A stretch of DNA of 63,921 bases, counting the filler, from Octopus bimaculoides (lineage: Eukaryota): the NCBI RefSeq assembly GCF_001194135.2. It is 6 parts of 4 records of this genome, joined end to end, with 100 filler letters (N's around TTAATTAATTAA, not from the genome) between each part and the next. Parts side by side here need not be neighbours in the genome. Positions count along the whole stretch, not along the records: positions 1 to 25,541 come from NC_068998.1; 5 more parts are not named here. One strand, 5' to 3'. Below the pieces are notes generated by a model, which was not told the DNA's origin, made no database searches, and worked only from the letters and a program-made list of their open reading frames with translations. Numbering within the stretch: the first letter of the stretch is position 1; every line of letters starts with the position of its first letter. Both the position numbers and the translations under genes were made by a program. Below are positions 12,654 to 25,597 of this stretch, in pieces.

Positions 12654-13208
12654 CANNNNNNNNNNNNNNNNNNNNNNNNNNNNNNNNNNNNNNNNNNNNN
12701 NNNNNNNNNNNNNNNNNNNNNNNNNNNNNNNNNNNNNNNNNNNNNNNNNNNNNNNNNNNNNNNNNNNNNNNNNNNNNNNNNNNNNNNNNNNNNNNNNNNN
12801 NNNNNNNNNNNNNNNNNNNNNNNNNNNNNNNNNNNNNNNNNNNNNNNNNNNNNNNNNNNNNNNNNNNNNNNNNNNNNNNNNNNNNNNNNNNNNNNNNNNN
12901 NNNNNNNNNNNNNNNNNNNNNNNNNNNNNNNNNNNNNNNNNNNNNNNNNNNNNNNNNNNNNNNNNNNNNNNNNNNNNNNNNNNNNNNNNNNNNNNNNNNN
13001 NNNNNNNNNNNNNNNNNNNNNNNNNNNNNNNNNNNNNNNNNNNNNNNNNNNNNNNNNNNNNNNNNNNNNNNNNNNNNNNNNNNNNNNNNNNNNNNNNNNN
13101 NNNNNNNNNNNNNNNNNNNNNNNNNNNNNNNNNNNNNNNNNNNNNNNNNNNNNNNNNNNNNNNNNNNNNNNNNNNNNNNNNNNNNNNNNNNNNNNNNNNN
13201 NNNNNNNN

Positions 13209-13250
<42 letters not shown>

Positions 13251-13559
13251 GTAGATACGCAGACAGGAAAATTTAACTCATTTTAATAAACTGTAAAAAG
13301 GGAATTATTATTGCTTTATGTTACTTACCTCAAATGAAATAGAGGATACAGATACGAACAGAAAATATAATTGTTGCTTTCTTTGCTAAACTCATATACT
13401 CTGGTGATATAACGGCTCTTACTCGTGTCTTCTGTTATAAAATGATTTATATGCGGCAACATATGTTTGGAATTTTCAACAGATCGTATATCTATACATA
13501 CACCTGACCCGGAATGATTGCTTCTTTGTCATTTTTAAAGCATCGTGTAATGCAAAATG

Positions 13560-14300
13560 TTTTGAAGAATACATATATTTCATATACGATAGATTTATTA
13601 GACGTTCATATTTATTTGTATAACATTTGAAATCGTTATAACTTGAATGTCATCACGACTTCAAATTTTAACTTCGTTACGTGTAAAGCTTAATTCTTCC
13701 TCCTGAAAATGCGCAGTCTTGACAACGCTGATTTTCCATTCTTCAGAATCTCGAGTGAGCATAGAATTCGCATAAAAAATCTTTGTCACAGTATCTTCTT
13801 TCTCCTTTTATAATATTTTAAATACTAAGGCCACACTCCCATTTCTACTACCTCAAATTTAGCTGCTAAAAGCTCTTCTCTGCTGGGTCTATAACTACAA
13901 GAATGCACCGCAGTTCTGATAATCTATTCGTTGGTTTGGTTGAGAAAAAGAACATCTTCTCTAACAGATAAAATCACCGCTTATATCTTCTATTTACCCA
14001 TCAGCACCTATTCATACCTCGATGTCAACATTTAAGAAGACTCCTAGACGAAGTATTCTATACCTTGCTCGAAATTTATCATTGTCTTTGTCTCTGTAAC
14101 AGCGACAATTATCTTCAAACCCTCTGAATTCATGATCCACTCATTGTCCAGTATAAAACGCCATGTTTTCAATTCTTCGCTTATCTACACCCCAGAACTC
14201 TACTGCATATCAACCATCCACCCCATTTCCGCACGTGCCGGATACAACAATCTGGCCGCACCAAAACGCTCACATCTTTCGCAAGAAACAGAATGCCTCC
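13560..14300 (-). mobile_element. Degenerate RTE-like APE endonuclease fragment
   Basis: Broken frames resembling RTE endonuclease (ARYRILRLGV, QPNQRI, EDTVTKIFY). Confidence 0.4.
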
Positions 14301-14551
14301 TTTGAATATAACTGTAATCTACGGGATTTACATTTCCTTTTGGTTCTTCTATTTCAACCGAACCTACCTGAATCATTAGTTGTTTCTTGCTGGTGCAATT
14401 TCTGATTCATTCCACTTCAGCAGGAAAATTCAAGATTCAATTGCAAATCTCCGAATCGTTTTTCAGCTTTAAAATGCTATGAGTTTACTCCATTTCTCAG
14501 ATATGGCAGGGGAACTATCATCCTATTACCATCGTATATATNNNNNNNNNN

Positions 14552-14587
<36 letters not shown>

Positions 14588-14669
14588 CATTGTTAATATA
14601 TGTGAATGTGTGCGTGCGCGCACGCACGAATATTTTGGATAAAGTTTTTCAATATATTTTATGTTAAAA

Positions 14670-14870
14670 AGCGTCAAGATGGTAGAAAATTTATTACGCT
14701 TAGCGGTATTTCGTCTGTCTGTTCGTTCTGTTTCAAATTCCACCGGAATCAACTTCACTTTTCACCCTTTCGAGGACGATAAATTAAGTACCAGTTACCT
14801 GCTGGTGTCGATGTAATCGACTGGCCTTCTTCAAAAATTTCGGTCTTTGTGCCTAGAGTAGAAAAGAATA
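14670..14870 (+). mobile_element. tRNA-derived SINE (family B)
   Basis: cttagcggtatttcgtc..ttcaaattccacc..gataaattaagtaccagtt..gtgcctagagtagaaaagaata; same family as the 46150-50725 cluster. Confidence 0.75.
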
Positions 14871-14999
14871 TACTGAATTTCTTCACCAGAAACTAATTCT
14901 TACTCGCATACACTGAGCTGAGATGGAGAGTACAGCTGTTTGATTCGGCCATTCCTTGTTCCAAACCGGAAATAAATCCATCTTTGTTTGTTTCCACGA

Positions 15000-16260
15000 C
15001 GACAGCTAAAATAGGTCTTGCCAACTCCATATTCCTGTTCACGTACAGTAATACGAACTGTAATGCCTACAGACACCTCAGAATGAGATTTGTCTGACAC
15101 TAATTTCTTTTTCTTAGCCCGAGTTTCCACACATTCTTTAGCTGCTTACCTCTCTTTCTCGTTATATATTTCATTTAAACACAAACTTAGACCTTCTGTA
15201 CAATTTTGTCTTCTGAGTCCCAAACTTCTGAGCGAGACACATAGATAGGCTGCTCGATCAAAATGAGTTGTGTTTGCAATTTTTTGATCTCACAACACAC
15301 TCTATCACAAATTAATTCGGAGACGTTTCTTCGACGGAAACGGCATCATCATATTCGGAGGATACAGTAATAGCCGTCAAGGTATTTTCAAATTGTTGTT
15401 CATCCTGCACTGATTCAACCATTTCCCTAATTCTTGTGGACAGTCTAACTCTTGGAGCAGAGACAAACATAAGCTCGTAAGGCTTTCTCTTTATACCAGA
15501 AGGAAGCGCACTGTATTTCACGAATTGAATAAATTTAAGCCTATGACTCCATGAAGTAGATTGGTTGTTTTCCATCCAAGTTGATAACATATTTTCGATG
15601 TCTTGGTTGGCTCTCTCAACGCTACCTTGTGTTTGACTATGTCTTGGTTTACCATGTACGATCTTAAGCTCCAGCCAAATTATTTCCAAGCCGTCTATAA
15701 GTTTATTACAGAATCCCCTGCCGATGTCGGACTGCAGAATACATGGAGCACCAAGCAATAAGAATATATCGAGCAATTGCGTGGTGGTTTCTTCTGCCCT
15801 CTCTCTTTGAAGAGGTCTTAAAACTACAAACTTCGTTTAGTGGTCTTGGTAAACTAGAATAAATGTATAGTTTAGATGAAGTTGAGAAAATCTATAAGGT
15901 CTGCTTGACATCTTGAGTCGAGATAGGAAAATATCATAGGCATAGCCACTTTATATATCTTTTGTTGGCAAGGTTCACAATCACTTAGAAATAACGTTAT
16001 TTCATCCTGAGTAATGTTTTTATATCGGCGATTAAGTTCTTTTTTCATACTATCTCTACCGTCATGTCCAATAGATATATACGTTTCGTATAAAATATCG
16101 AACAATGCATCGCTTGAACAATAAAAGACGACATTATGTTTTGCATCTGTCACGAGCAGAGTTAATTTTTTCTACTCCTTGAACTTCAAGAACATCATAA
16201 CACTTATTTAACCAACAATCGCGTGGTACATTTTTGTATGCTATTTTAGCATATTTACTT
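15000..16260 (-). mobile_element. Decayed KRBA2/SCAND3-like (Ginger/Gypsy-integrase-type) transposase: H2C2 zinc finger + rve core
   Basis: ISIGHDGRDSMKKELNRRYKNIT..CEPCQQK (15872..16153) and GAPCILQSDIGRGF..HGKPRHSQTQGSVERANQDIENML (15312..15776); stops and frameshifts. Confidence 0.85.
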
Positions 16261-17028
16261 CTGCTATCAAATGAATAGCAGACGATAGATTACAAAAAAA
16301 CGTAATCATTAGTGTAAACGTAATTTTACAAAGGAATATCCCAAGAATACAGCAGGGACATGGCTGAATGTGCCCAGGCTAACTTTGGACCAACCACTAG
16401 GCGCTAAATACTCATAGGGTTGGTTTTCCTATTTAATACTTACATACCATAGGCCGGAACAGCTTGTTTATCCAACCCTATCTTGTTCATATCTTTCAAG
16501 TATCTGATTCAATCTGATATCTTAATTTACTATACTTATATACCTATTTACTATACTGATATATTTATGTGTGTGTGTATATATATATATATATGTGTGT
16601 GTGTGTCTGTGTGTGTGTGTGTGCGTCTGTATGCGTGTGTGTCTGTGGGTGTGTGCGTGAGTGTGCACATTAATACACAAAGTATTTAGTGCACGCTAGG
16701 AAAATTGAATATGCTTCACTATTTTTGTCGCAAACTGAGAAATGAAGAGATTGTCATGATAATGATGAACGATTTACAGAGCCTTCACTAAAAGACATCC
16801 ATGGCACTAATTATAATTACAAATTATAGCATCGGTTTAAGTCATCACAAATTTTAGAATATCTATAAAGTCAAGACTAATTAGTATAAAACATAAGCAG
16901 TTGTCTGTCGCATAATATAAAGATTCATAAAATTATTGATACAAATGAAATTGTGTGTTACAATAACTAAAGCAGTTAACTAACAGATGTTCACCTTTCA
17001 CTTTTAACTTCATGCATCTAATAAATCT

Positions 17029-17167
17029 AGCTTGCTTACCAACCACACGGTTCCGGGTTCGTTCCCACTGCGTGGCACCTTGGACGAGTGTTTTCTACTA
17101 TAGCCGCGGGCCGGCCAAAGCCCTCTGAGTGGATATGTTAGACGGAAGCTGAAAGAAGCCCGTCGTA

Positions 17168-17240
<73 letters not shown>

Positions 17241-17417
17241 ATGTGTGTGTGTGTATGTGTGTGTGTGTATGTGTGTGTGTGTGTGTATGTATGTGTGTGT
17301 ATATGCTTGTGTGTCTGAGTCTATCTCACACCAACATCGCTTGACAACCGATGCTGGTGTGTTTACGTCCACGTAACTTAGCAGTTCAACCAAAGAGATC
17401 GATAGAATAAGTACTGA
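17029..17417 (+). mobile_element. SINE family A (with internal microsatellite)
   Basis: ggttccgggttcgttcccactgcgtggcaccttgg..gacggaagctgaaagaagcccgtcg (TA/TG)n ..cttgacaaccgatgctggtg..gatagaataagtact. Confidence 0.85.
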
Positions 17418-17469
17418 AGTAGGTATTTCTGTAGTTCTGTGATGGGTCATACTGTAGTTCTATGACGGT

Positions 17470-18370
17470 TATTTTGTATTAGTTTTCTCGTAGTATAAGG
17501 TCTCTACCACCTGCGATATTCTGTGTATAACATGCAACGCCTTCTGCTGCGAGTCAGATAATTTCTGTCTATTTTCGGTGTTTTTTTCTTTTTACTTCAT
17601 TTGTATTATTGTTTTCGCTTTATCTTGCTCTAACTCTAGCATCTTTTAATAAACTTTCGTCACTATTACCTTGATAGGCGTCTATATCTACTCTCACTAA
17701 GACAACGCAGTCTTCTGCTGATATTAATCCTTTTCCACATTCCTTTCTAGGTAAATTTAATCTTGCTAACCCTGCCCTTGGGTAGAGTCCTCCATTCATA
17801 CTGTATTCCTTTTAATTCTTCTATCTAGCTTTGCTAATTAAATTCTTGTCCAATCTACAAAAGCTACGCTGTATCTAATTAATGATACCGCCCGAAGTGT
17901 TTACAGCTATCACTAGATTTAGCTTTGATTCCATTATCTACCTAACCGTTCTGATGAACTCCATCTCAATGATCATTTTCATTTCTCCAGTTGATACACT
18001 GTTAGCTTCTATTAATCCAAGGTAGTTATAACTCTCTCCTTTGAATAATTTTAATGTATGGTGATCGGGTAATTGGATCCGATCGCTGTTAACTACCTGT
18101 CCCCTTCTCGTGACTTATATTGCACACTTATCTATGTCAAATCCCATGCGTATATCTTTGCAGAATAATATTAGTCTGTCTTTAGTAATTTATCTCATTT
18201 CCATTCTTAATAAAAAGCTTGAGATCGTCCATGTAGAACGAATAGGAAAGTTTTCCCGTATTATTTCTGAACTAAAGAAGGCATTTGCTTTCCTTAATCC
18301 TAAACCGACGGCGATCAAACATAGAATCAATGAGTCCCCCTGGAAAATTCTATATAATCCTTTTTAAATA
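17470..18370 (-). mobile_element. Decayed R4/Dong-like RT fragment just downstream of gene B
   Basis: Minus IFQGDSL, ISHLxYMDD-like and GGLYP/RAGLARLNLP segments; disrupted. Confidence 0.7.
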
Positions 18371-18480
18371 TAAAGCATTAGACATTGATAGTGAAGATTT
18401 TACATCAGCTAAATCTGTCGATGAGCTAATTAATACTCCCCAATAATACACAAATACACATGTAGCGCAGTAATATTTAT

Positions 18481-18540
18481 TTATGTAAGTGTGTATATTA
18501 GAGTTACAACTGCAATCATCAATACTGATCGAATCTTCAC
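18481..18540 (-). CDS. Gene B exon 4 (terminal): VKIRSVLMIAVVTLIYTLT*, hydrophobic tail
   Basis: Acceptor catctttttttctgcag|, 19 codons + TAA, phase 0. Confidence 0.85.
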   Translation of the reverse strand: MKIRSVLMIAVVTLIYTLT

Positions 18541-19329
18541 CTGCAGAAAAAAAGATGTATATGGTTATACAAACATTTAAATCAACGAATTTCTAATGTA
18601 AATAATATACGGTATTTTACGTCGTTTCTTTTAGTACAATGTCATGTTAGTACTATAGACAGATCTGGTAATACAATTTCATCAACATATTAGTTTTGCC
18701 CATGTTAACTGAATAACAAGAAATTACACTGTAATATTACTACAAAATCTAGATTTTATGGGTCGCAAGAGCATGAATTTGACTGATTATTAAGTTAGCC
18801 TGTTTGAAAAGGATTACCATAATATTTCACTGATGACAAAAAGAAAATGTTGGCTACTAGAAAAGTCCTTAGCGGTACTACAGTGAATTGCATGTCCTTC
18901 ATATTGACATAGTCGTAGTGAAGTATTATATGTAGAGAGGAACTAAAAGTATATTGCTTACCCCAACTCTGTTGCCGGAGTTTGATTTCGGTGTCGTATG
19001 TTTCTGAAAAATGAATAATAAATCTTCAGAAATATTCCCACAGTTGATTTCTCATTATTTACTAAATACAGAAGCATTTATACTACTGTAGGGTATTGAC
19101 CATGAGCTTGTAAGAGACGAACTGCATACTAGTCATCGAAGTTGTTGGCTGACAAAAAGCCTTCCAGTTAGGAGGCAAACAAGACCTGAGCGAAAATGGC
19201 TGATCGTACTCCATCTCACGTTGTAAATGATTAGCACGGAATAAAAAACATTTCAACCCATTTTCGCATGTGGTTATTTTTTATGTATAGCGTAACAAAA
19301 GCTATATGTGGTGACCCACAAGTAGAGGA

Positions 19330-19720
19330 AAACACACGAAGACGCAATCATGGCAAACAAAAACGTTTTCACGCCGAAGTGCCCAGTATTCTGGACAACG
19401 CGAACTGTGGTATGTTTCGGACACGTTGAGACGCAGTTCAGCAACAGGAACATCACCTCTGACCTCAGAAGATATTTGTGGGTAACAAATAGATGAGGAC
19501 ACTGCAACAAGCGTGATAAACACTCTAATCAGACCATCGGCTATTCTCAAATACGAGACTACAAAAAATAGACTCGTAGAAATAATCCGGCTTGGCGACC
19601 GGGAACCGGCTGCTAGGATTTTGGATACGGATGGGTTAGACGATTCCAACCCTTCTAAAATAATAGAGATGATGCTAGCATTAGAGTTCTCTGACGGATC
19701 ATTTTATTTTTCTTTTATTT
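19330..19720 (+). mobile_element. Gypsy-type gag N-terminal fragment in gene B intron 3
   Basis: PKCPVFW..FGHVETQFSNRNITSD..KYETTKNRLVE..LDDSNPSKIIEMM parallels KLPxFW..FAQVEAQF..ITS..Y..LK..LGDRKPS gag motif. Confidence 0.7.
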
Positions 19721-19984
19721 AGGGAGATATTCCTCTGCAAACTGCCATTCCAGGTTCAGTCTCTCCCACCACCGAAGACAAGTCACACCGAACCTTGGCA
19801 ACATATAATCGCCAAAGACCCAAGTAGCTACACGCAGGGGTACCATGGTAAAAACAAATTCTCCGTTCCAATAGCAGCTAACAGTTCTGAGGTGGAGTTA
19901 TGTGCGGCTATAAAGGTTTGATAAAGCTAAATTTAAACAAAGATAAATTTCTTGTTTCCTTTATTAGAAATGCAAATTACTTAC

Positions 19985-20072
19985 CATACACTTATGGTAA
20001 TATGCAAATTCAAAAAATCCTGTACAGAATCGGTCTTTTTCTTTGATGCATTTGTAAAATTTCTGATATTTG
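19985..20072 (-). CDS. Gene B exon 3: (S)KYQKFYKCIKEKDRFCTGFFEFAYYHKCM, phase 2->0
   Basis: Acceptor tttatatcttccag|, 88 nt, donor ATG|GTAAGT. Confidence 0.88.
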
Positions 20073-20315
20073 CTGGAAGATATAAATGTCATGAGAAATT
20101 CTACATTCAGGCATTCTTATATTGTTTAATTCTTATTTTCTACAGGCTTGATTATTTTTGACTCAAAATCGTCTTTCATTTTACGGAAATATATTAGCAA
20201 AATGAACGAAATGCGTAATTCATTTATTAAATGAACGACCACTTCTCAATTACGTAGTTCTGTCACAAGACACAGCATCACGAGAAAATGTATTCTCACA
20301 GTCAGATATAATATT

Positions 20316-20480
20316 GGCTTCAAATTTTGGCACAATACCAGTAAATTTTATTTCATCGAGCCGAATACGCTAATGGTGATTATTATATCGACCCCAAAAT
20401 GATGAAAGGCGAAGTGAACTTCGGGAGAATTTGAACGCAGAATGTAAAGACGGATGGGAAGCCGCTAAGCATTTTCTCCT
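20316..20480 (-). mobile_element. Degenerate SINE family B copy in gene B intron 2
   Basis: gatgaaaggcgaagtgaacttcgggagaatttgaacgcagaatgtaaagacgg is the reverse complement of the family B body. Confidence 0.65.
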
Positions 20481-20939
20481 AACGATAGTCAATGTCTTGA
20501 ATATCTGATGTAGTATAACCCATAAGTTATTTCATTTGTAAACAACTCTGGTGAGGTTAAACGGATTTAATTTCAAAATAACGAAAATAATTGACGGTGA
20601 AATTATATTTAACCGACAATTGCTCAACACAAATTGTATATTCTTTCTGGAATTAGATATCAGACGTATGTAAGTAAACAAACAATATTATGGTATAGTG
20701 AGTTACAAAACTGTCCAGTGTCGGCTAGTTCAAATCATCTTGTTGCAATCTTTTGTTAAATGTAAATGGATATATTGTAAGATATTACTTAAAAGATATG
20801 ATCAATTTCAAAGACTTGGTTCCAGCTAAATACATTTAGTATTTTGATAATAAAAACGGTTATATAACAACATATATGTCAGAAATAACTATATAAATAT
20901 TAACACTAACATTAATACTTGCACTAAAGTTGTATTTAC

Positions 20940-21030
20940 CTGCAAAATATGCTACTCTTGTCAAGTTTAGCATAAACAGAGCCACACAATTTTTTTGCCT
21001 CATCAGTGCAATCGAATGCCACCGCAACAC
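20940..21030 (-). CDS. Gene B exon 2: (G)VAVAFDCTDEAKKLCGSVYAKLDKSSIFC(S), phase 1->2
   Basis: Acceptor ttcaaattctttag|, 91 nt, donor CAG|GTAAAT. Confidence 0.88.
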
Positions 21031-21789
21031 CTAAAGAATTTGAAATTTCTTTGGTAATTTACATATGATTTTACGACATGGAATTTTTGTTATAATGCAA
21101 TACCATCGTTTGCGATTGTTTTAAATGTGTGTCATAGCGAGAATACATTTATGCGTTTCATGTCCGATTTTGTCGTTTTCTGCGGATGACGTCGACGGTT
21201 CAGTATAATCCTTGTCAGACCAAGGCTGTTATAATACGATGGGGATTATGTATTATTAATAACACTAAAATGTGCAACAAAATATTCGTTCAAATTTGTG
21301 TCCATGTTGGCAGTTCTAAAATTAGTAAATTTATTTAACAGATAGTTATTCAACTGATATCTTCTATTTTGCTTATATAACCATTGTTCATCTTAGTACT
21401 ATAATTAGCATGTCATGTAATTGCTATTCTTTTCAAGAATACAACAATACCAAATAAATACATTAACTTAACAGCTTATCCTGTGGGTAGGGGTGTGATT
21501 CACACCATGACTGGTGGAAAACAAAATCCATTAACTGCAACTGAAATAAAAATTGTCAACAGTTAGTCATTAATTACATGCAATAAAGATAGTTAAGAAA
21601 GAGAAGTTAGAAATGTTCTGTGCCACAGATAGGCTGAGAGGTTAATAAAAAGATAAACCTATTGATAAATACATAGAGTAATTAATGGTCATGTAGAAAT
21701 ATACATTTAGATTTATAGTGATATTATTAAAACATAAATAGCAATAATCACGAAAACTGTGAAGTAATTACTGTAGCATATGTACTTAC

Positions 21790-21826
21790 CACAAAAGAGG
21801 AGAAAGATAAATGGAGAAAACCTCAT
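21790..21826 (-). CDS. Gene B exon 1: signal peptide MRFSPFIFLLFC (phase-1 donor)
   Basis: Minus-strand ATG at 21826, 12 codons +1 nt, donor TGTG|GTAAGTAC. Confidence 0.87.
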
Positions 21827-22699
21827 AGTGTATTTCACGGAGAAACTAGAGCTCAGAAGTTGACAGAAGCTCCTGCGCGTAGCTCGAATGTTAAAATAGA
21901 AAAGTTACGATATATGATTTCAATAACCAGTAAATCATTCAACTCATACAATCACTTAGTGTGCGTATATATATATATATATATATATATATNNNNNNNN
22001 NNNNNNNNNNNNNNNNNNNNNNNNNNNNNNNNNNNNNNNNNNNNNNNNNNNNNNNNNNNNNNNNNNNNNNNNNNNNNNNNNNNNNNNNNNNNNNNNNNNN
22101 NNNNNNNNNNNNNNNNNNNNNNNNNNNNNNNNNNNNNNNNNNNNNNNNNNNNNNNNNNNNNNNNNNNNNNNNNNNNNNNNNNNNNNNNNNNNNNNNNNNN
22201 NNNNNNNNNNNNNNNNNNNNNNNNNNNNNNNNNNNNNNNNNNNNNNNNNNNNNNNNNNNNNNNNNNNNNNNNNNNNNNNNNNNNNNNNNNNNNNNNNNNN
22301 NNNNNNNNNNNNNNNNNNNNNNNNNNNNNNNNNNNNNNNNNNNNNNNNNNNNNNNNNNNNNNNNNNNNNNNNNNNNNNNNNNNNNNNNNNNNNNNNNNNN
22401 NNNNNNNNNNNNNNNNNNNNNNNNNNNNNNNNNNNNNNNNNNNNNNNNTATACATATATATATATATATACACATTCCATGGACTTTGGTGTGATCTATA
22501 GGTTTTCACAAGAACAAACGTTCAGTCGCATTTGTGTTTGATATATATGTTTCGTATCTGACGTCTCCAATAAGTTACGTAACATGCTGTATTGTCATAT
22601 TGTATATTCGTTATTTCCTCAGCTTGCATTTATTTTTTTTGAAATCTTAAGCAATATTCTTAATCTTTATATATGGATCGTGTGTGAGAGAGGTAAATG

Positions 22700-23520
22700 T
22701 TAGAACTCTTACTAGGGGAGCCCAAATGGTGGGAGAAAACAGAGAGAAGTGGCAGGTGAGTCAGTTGTTGTTTGTTGACGATACAGCACTGGTGACGGAT
22801 TGGGAAGTGCGATGAGGAGCACGGTGGAAGAGTTTGGAAGAGTGTGTGAGAGGAGGAAACTGAAAGTGAATGTAGCTAAGAGTAAGGTGATGAGATGTCT
22901 GAGAGATGGAAGGGCTGGTAAGATGGATGTGAGTAGAAATGGTGAGATCTGAGAGGAGGTGAATGGTTTTAAGTATCTAAGAAGACGTGTCGGAGGATAA
23001 GATTTGGCTGAGGAGGTAGGATAGAGAGTGAGTGAGGGAAGTAGAATACTTGATGTTATGAAAGGTATATTGGGAGATAGAAGGTTCAGTATGAAATCGA
23101 AAAGAGGTGTGTATATGTGCACGCCGACAATGATATATGGTGCAGATACGTGGGGGCTGAAAGTGGCAGAAAGGAGGCGACTAGATGTGTCTGAGGGCTA
23201 TAGATGGTGTGACATGGATAGACAGAATGAGGATTGACGAGGTGTGAAAGCGAGGAGGAATGAAAGAAAAACTAACAACCAAAGTGGATAGACGAATGTT
23301 GAGGTGGTTTGGCCACATTGAGAGGATAGATGAGGAGCGGATGGTAAGGAAGATGATGAAGGCAGTAGTGGTAGGCAGCAAAACCAAAAGCAGAACTCGG
23401 TTTGTGTGGATGGATGGAGTGAGGGAATCTTTGGTGGTTAGAGTTGTTAGAATGAGAGAGGCAAGAGAGTTTTAAAATGATAGGAAATGGAGGAGAGTGT
23501 TTGTAGACGGATGAGTGAAA
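22700..23520 (+). mobile_element. Decayed RTE LINE RT C-terminal half upstream of gene B
   Basis: DDTALV..EEFGRVCERRKLKVNVAKSKVM..VNGFKYL..MIYGADTW..MLRWFGHIERIDEERMVRK. Confidence 0.85.
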
Positions 23521-24288
23521 TTTAATGTTGCTCAAAGTGATAGGGAATCAGCATGATGTGGCGAGGTTAAACCAGCATATCTTGGATTACTAGCATGTCT
23601 TTAATCTATCTGGGATTAAATCATACAAGATGGAGACGAAGGCCAACGGCACATGTTGCGCATTCGAATATCTCTAAACATTAAACCAACGGTAATTTGG
23701 TTACAATACAAATAAAGCATATACATATGTATGTATATATATGTGTATATCGACAAAGATTTTTGCGGTCGGCGAACATTAAAAAGAAATTCATCATACC
23801 TATAGGAAGAACAAATAAATGTACAAACCAGATGTGGACAATCTAGGGCCTATGTTTAGAATATTTCAAACTACGTTTTCAAAAATGGTGCTTTGTTTTA
23901 CTGGGAAACAATACTACTGCATTGCAGTATTTAATTTTTTTTTTGTCTTTTGAAAACTTTTTCACTCTTCACGGTTTGGTAACGGCCAAGCGTTCAAACG
24001 AGTATACTCCAAGGGGCCATCACCTCTAGCTGGCTATGTGACACACGAAACTGTGTCCATTATAACCTTCGAACAGAGAAGGTCAGCCGCTTCCCCTTGC
24101 TGGTCTGGCATCTACAGACTAGTTATATTCTGAAGATCCATTATAGAGTCGTATATTATCAACTGCTATTTCCAGTAAATATTGGTACATTGCTGTATCA
24201 CTATTCTCTATTTTTACTTAACCTGGTGGTGCTTTCTTTTACTGGAAAATAATACTACTATATTGCAGAATTCAATAATCGAATCTTC

Positions 24289-24319
<31 letters not shown>

Positions 24320-24381
24320 TGTATGTATGTATGTGTGTATGTATGTATGTATGTATGTATGTATGTGTGTATGTATGTATG

Positions 24382-24414
<33 letters not shown>

Positions 24415-24459
24415 GTCTGTCTGTCTGTCTATCAGTCTGCCTGTCTGTCTGTCTACCTG

Positions 24460-24495
<36 letters not shown>

Positions 24496-24874
24496 TCACA
24501 CACACATATGTATTATTAGTTCAATAAAGGAATCTAGATTGTAGACTCGTAAGCGAGGCTGATAAATATTATGCTGCACTTTCTACGATCGGAATTCAAA
24601 TTCAGACAAGGACAATGTTTGCCTTTCATCTTATCGAGATCGATATAATAAGCACTAGTTAATTATTATCCCTCATCTTACAAATTTCAGGCATTTTACA
24701 AGTAGAAGAAAGAATTAATTACCACTTGAAAATATGGTAAATATCAAAAAAGAAATATTACACTATATTCATAAGGCTATAATATTCATTTGCAAGAAAA
24801 AACAAAAAAAACAAAATAACTGTGATCTATTCGAGAACAAAACAATTTAAGATGTCATGTAAATCATTGCAGAC

Positions 24875-25003
<129 letters not shown>

Positions 25004-25377
25004 TATGTATGCATATATTTTTGCATGTATGTGTGTATATGTATATGTGGGTGAGCCGTAAATCATTTATATAAATGTGTGCGTGTGTGAATGTATGTGA
25101 GTGTATGCATGCATGCATGTATATATGTTTTCATAAGTATGTGTGTGTTTACATGTATGTGTGTATGAACTGAAAACCATTACAAGCATGTGGTGCAGAA
25201 TTTTCATTTAATTTTTCTAAGTGAAAGAGATTCGCACACGCGGGAAGTCGTATTTTGGCATTCAATGATGTTATCCCTGTTTATCTTTTTACTTGTTTTC
25301 GGTAAGGGAGCATAATATACTACAATATATTCAGAATGTAAATGAATATTACATTATTTCTAAGTGTAAAATATGTT

Positions 25378-25428
<51 letters not shown>

Positions 25429-25429
25429 G

Positions 25430-25486
<57 letters not shown>

Positions 25487-25496
25487 GTCTATTTAC

Positions 25497-25541
<45 letters not shown>

Positions 25542-25585
25542 NNNNNNNNNNNNNNNNNNNNNNNNNNNNNNNNNNNNNNNNNNNN

Positions 25586-25597
25586 TTAATTAATTAA
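25586..25597. other. Assembly spacer TTAATTAATTAA inside N gap (also 44308-44319, 55142-55153, 57672-57683, 62398-62409)
   Basis: Identical 12-mer flanked on both sides by 44 N five times; stop codons in all six frames. Confidence 0.95.
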
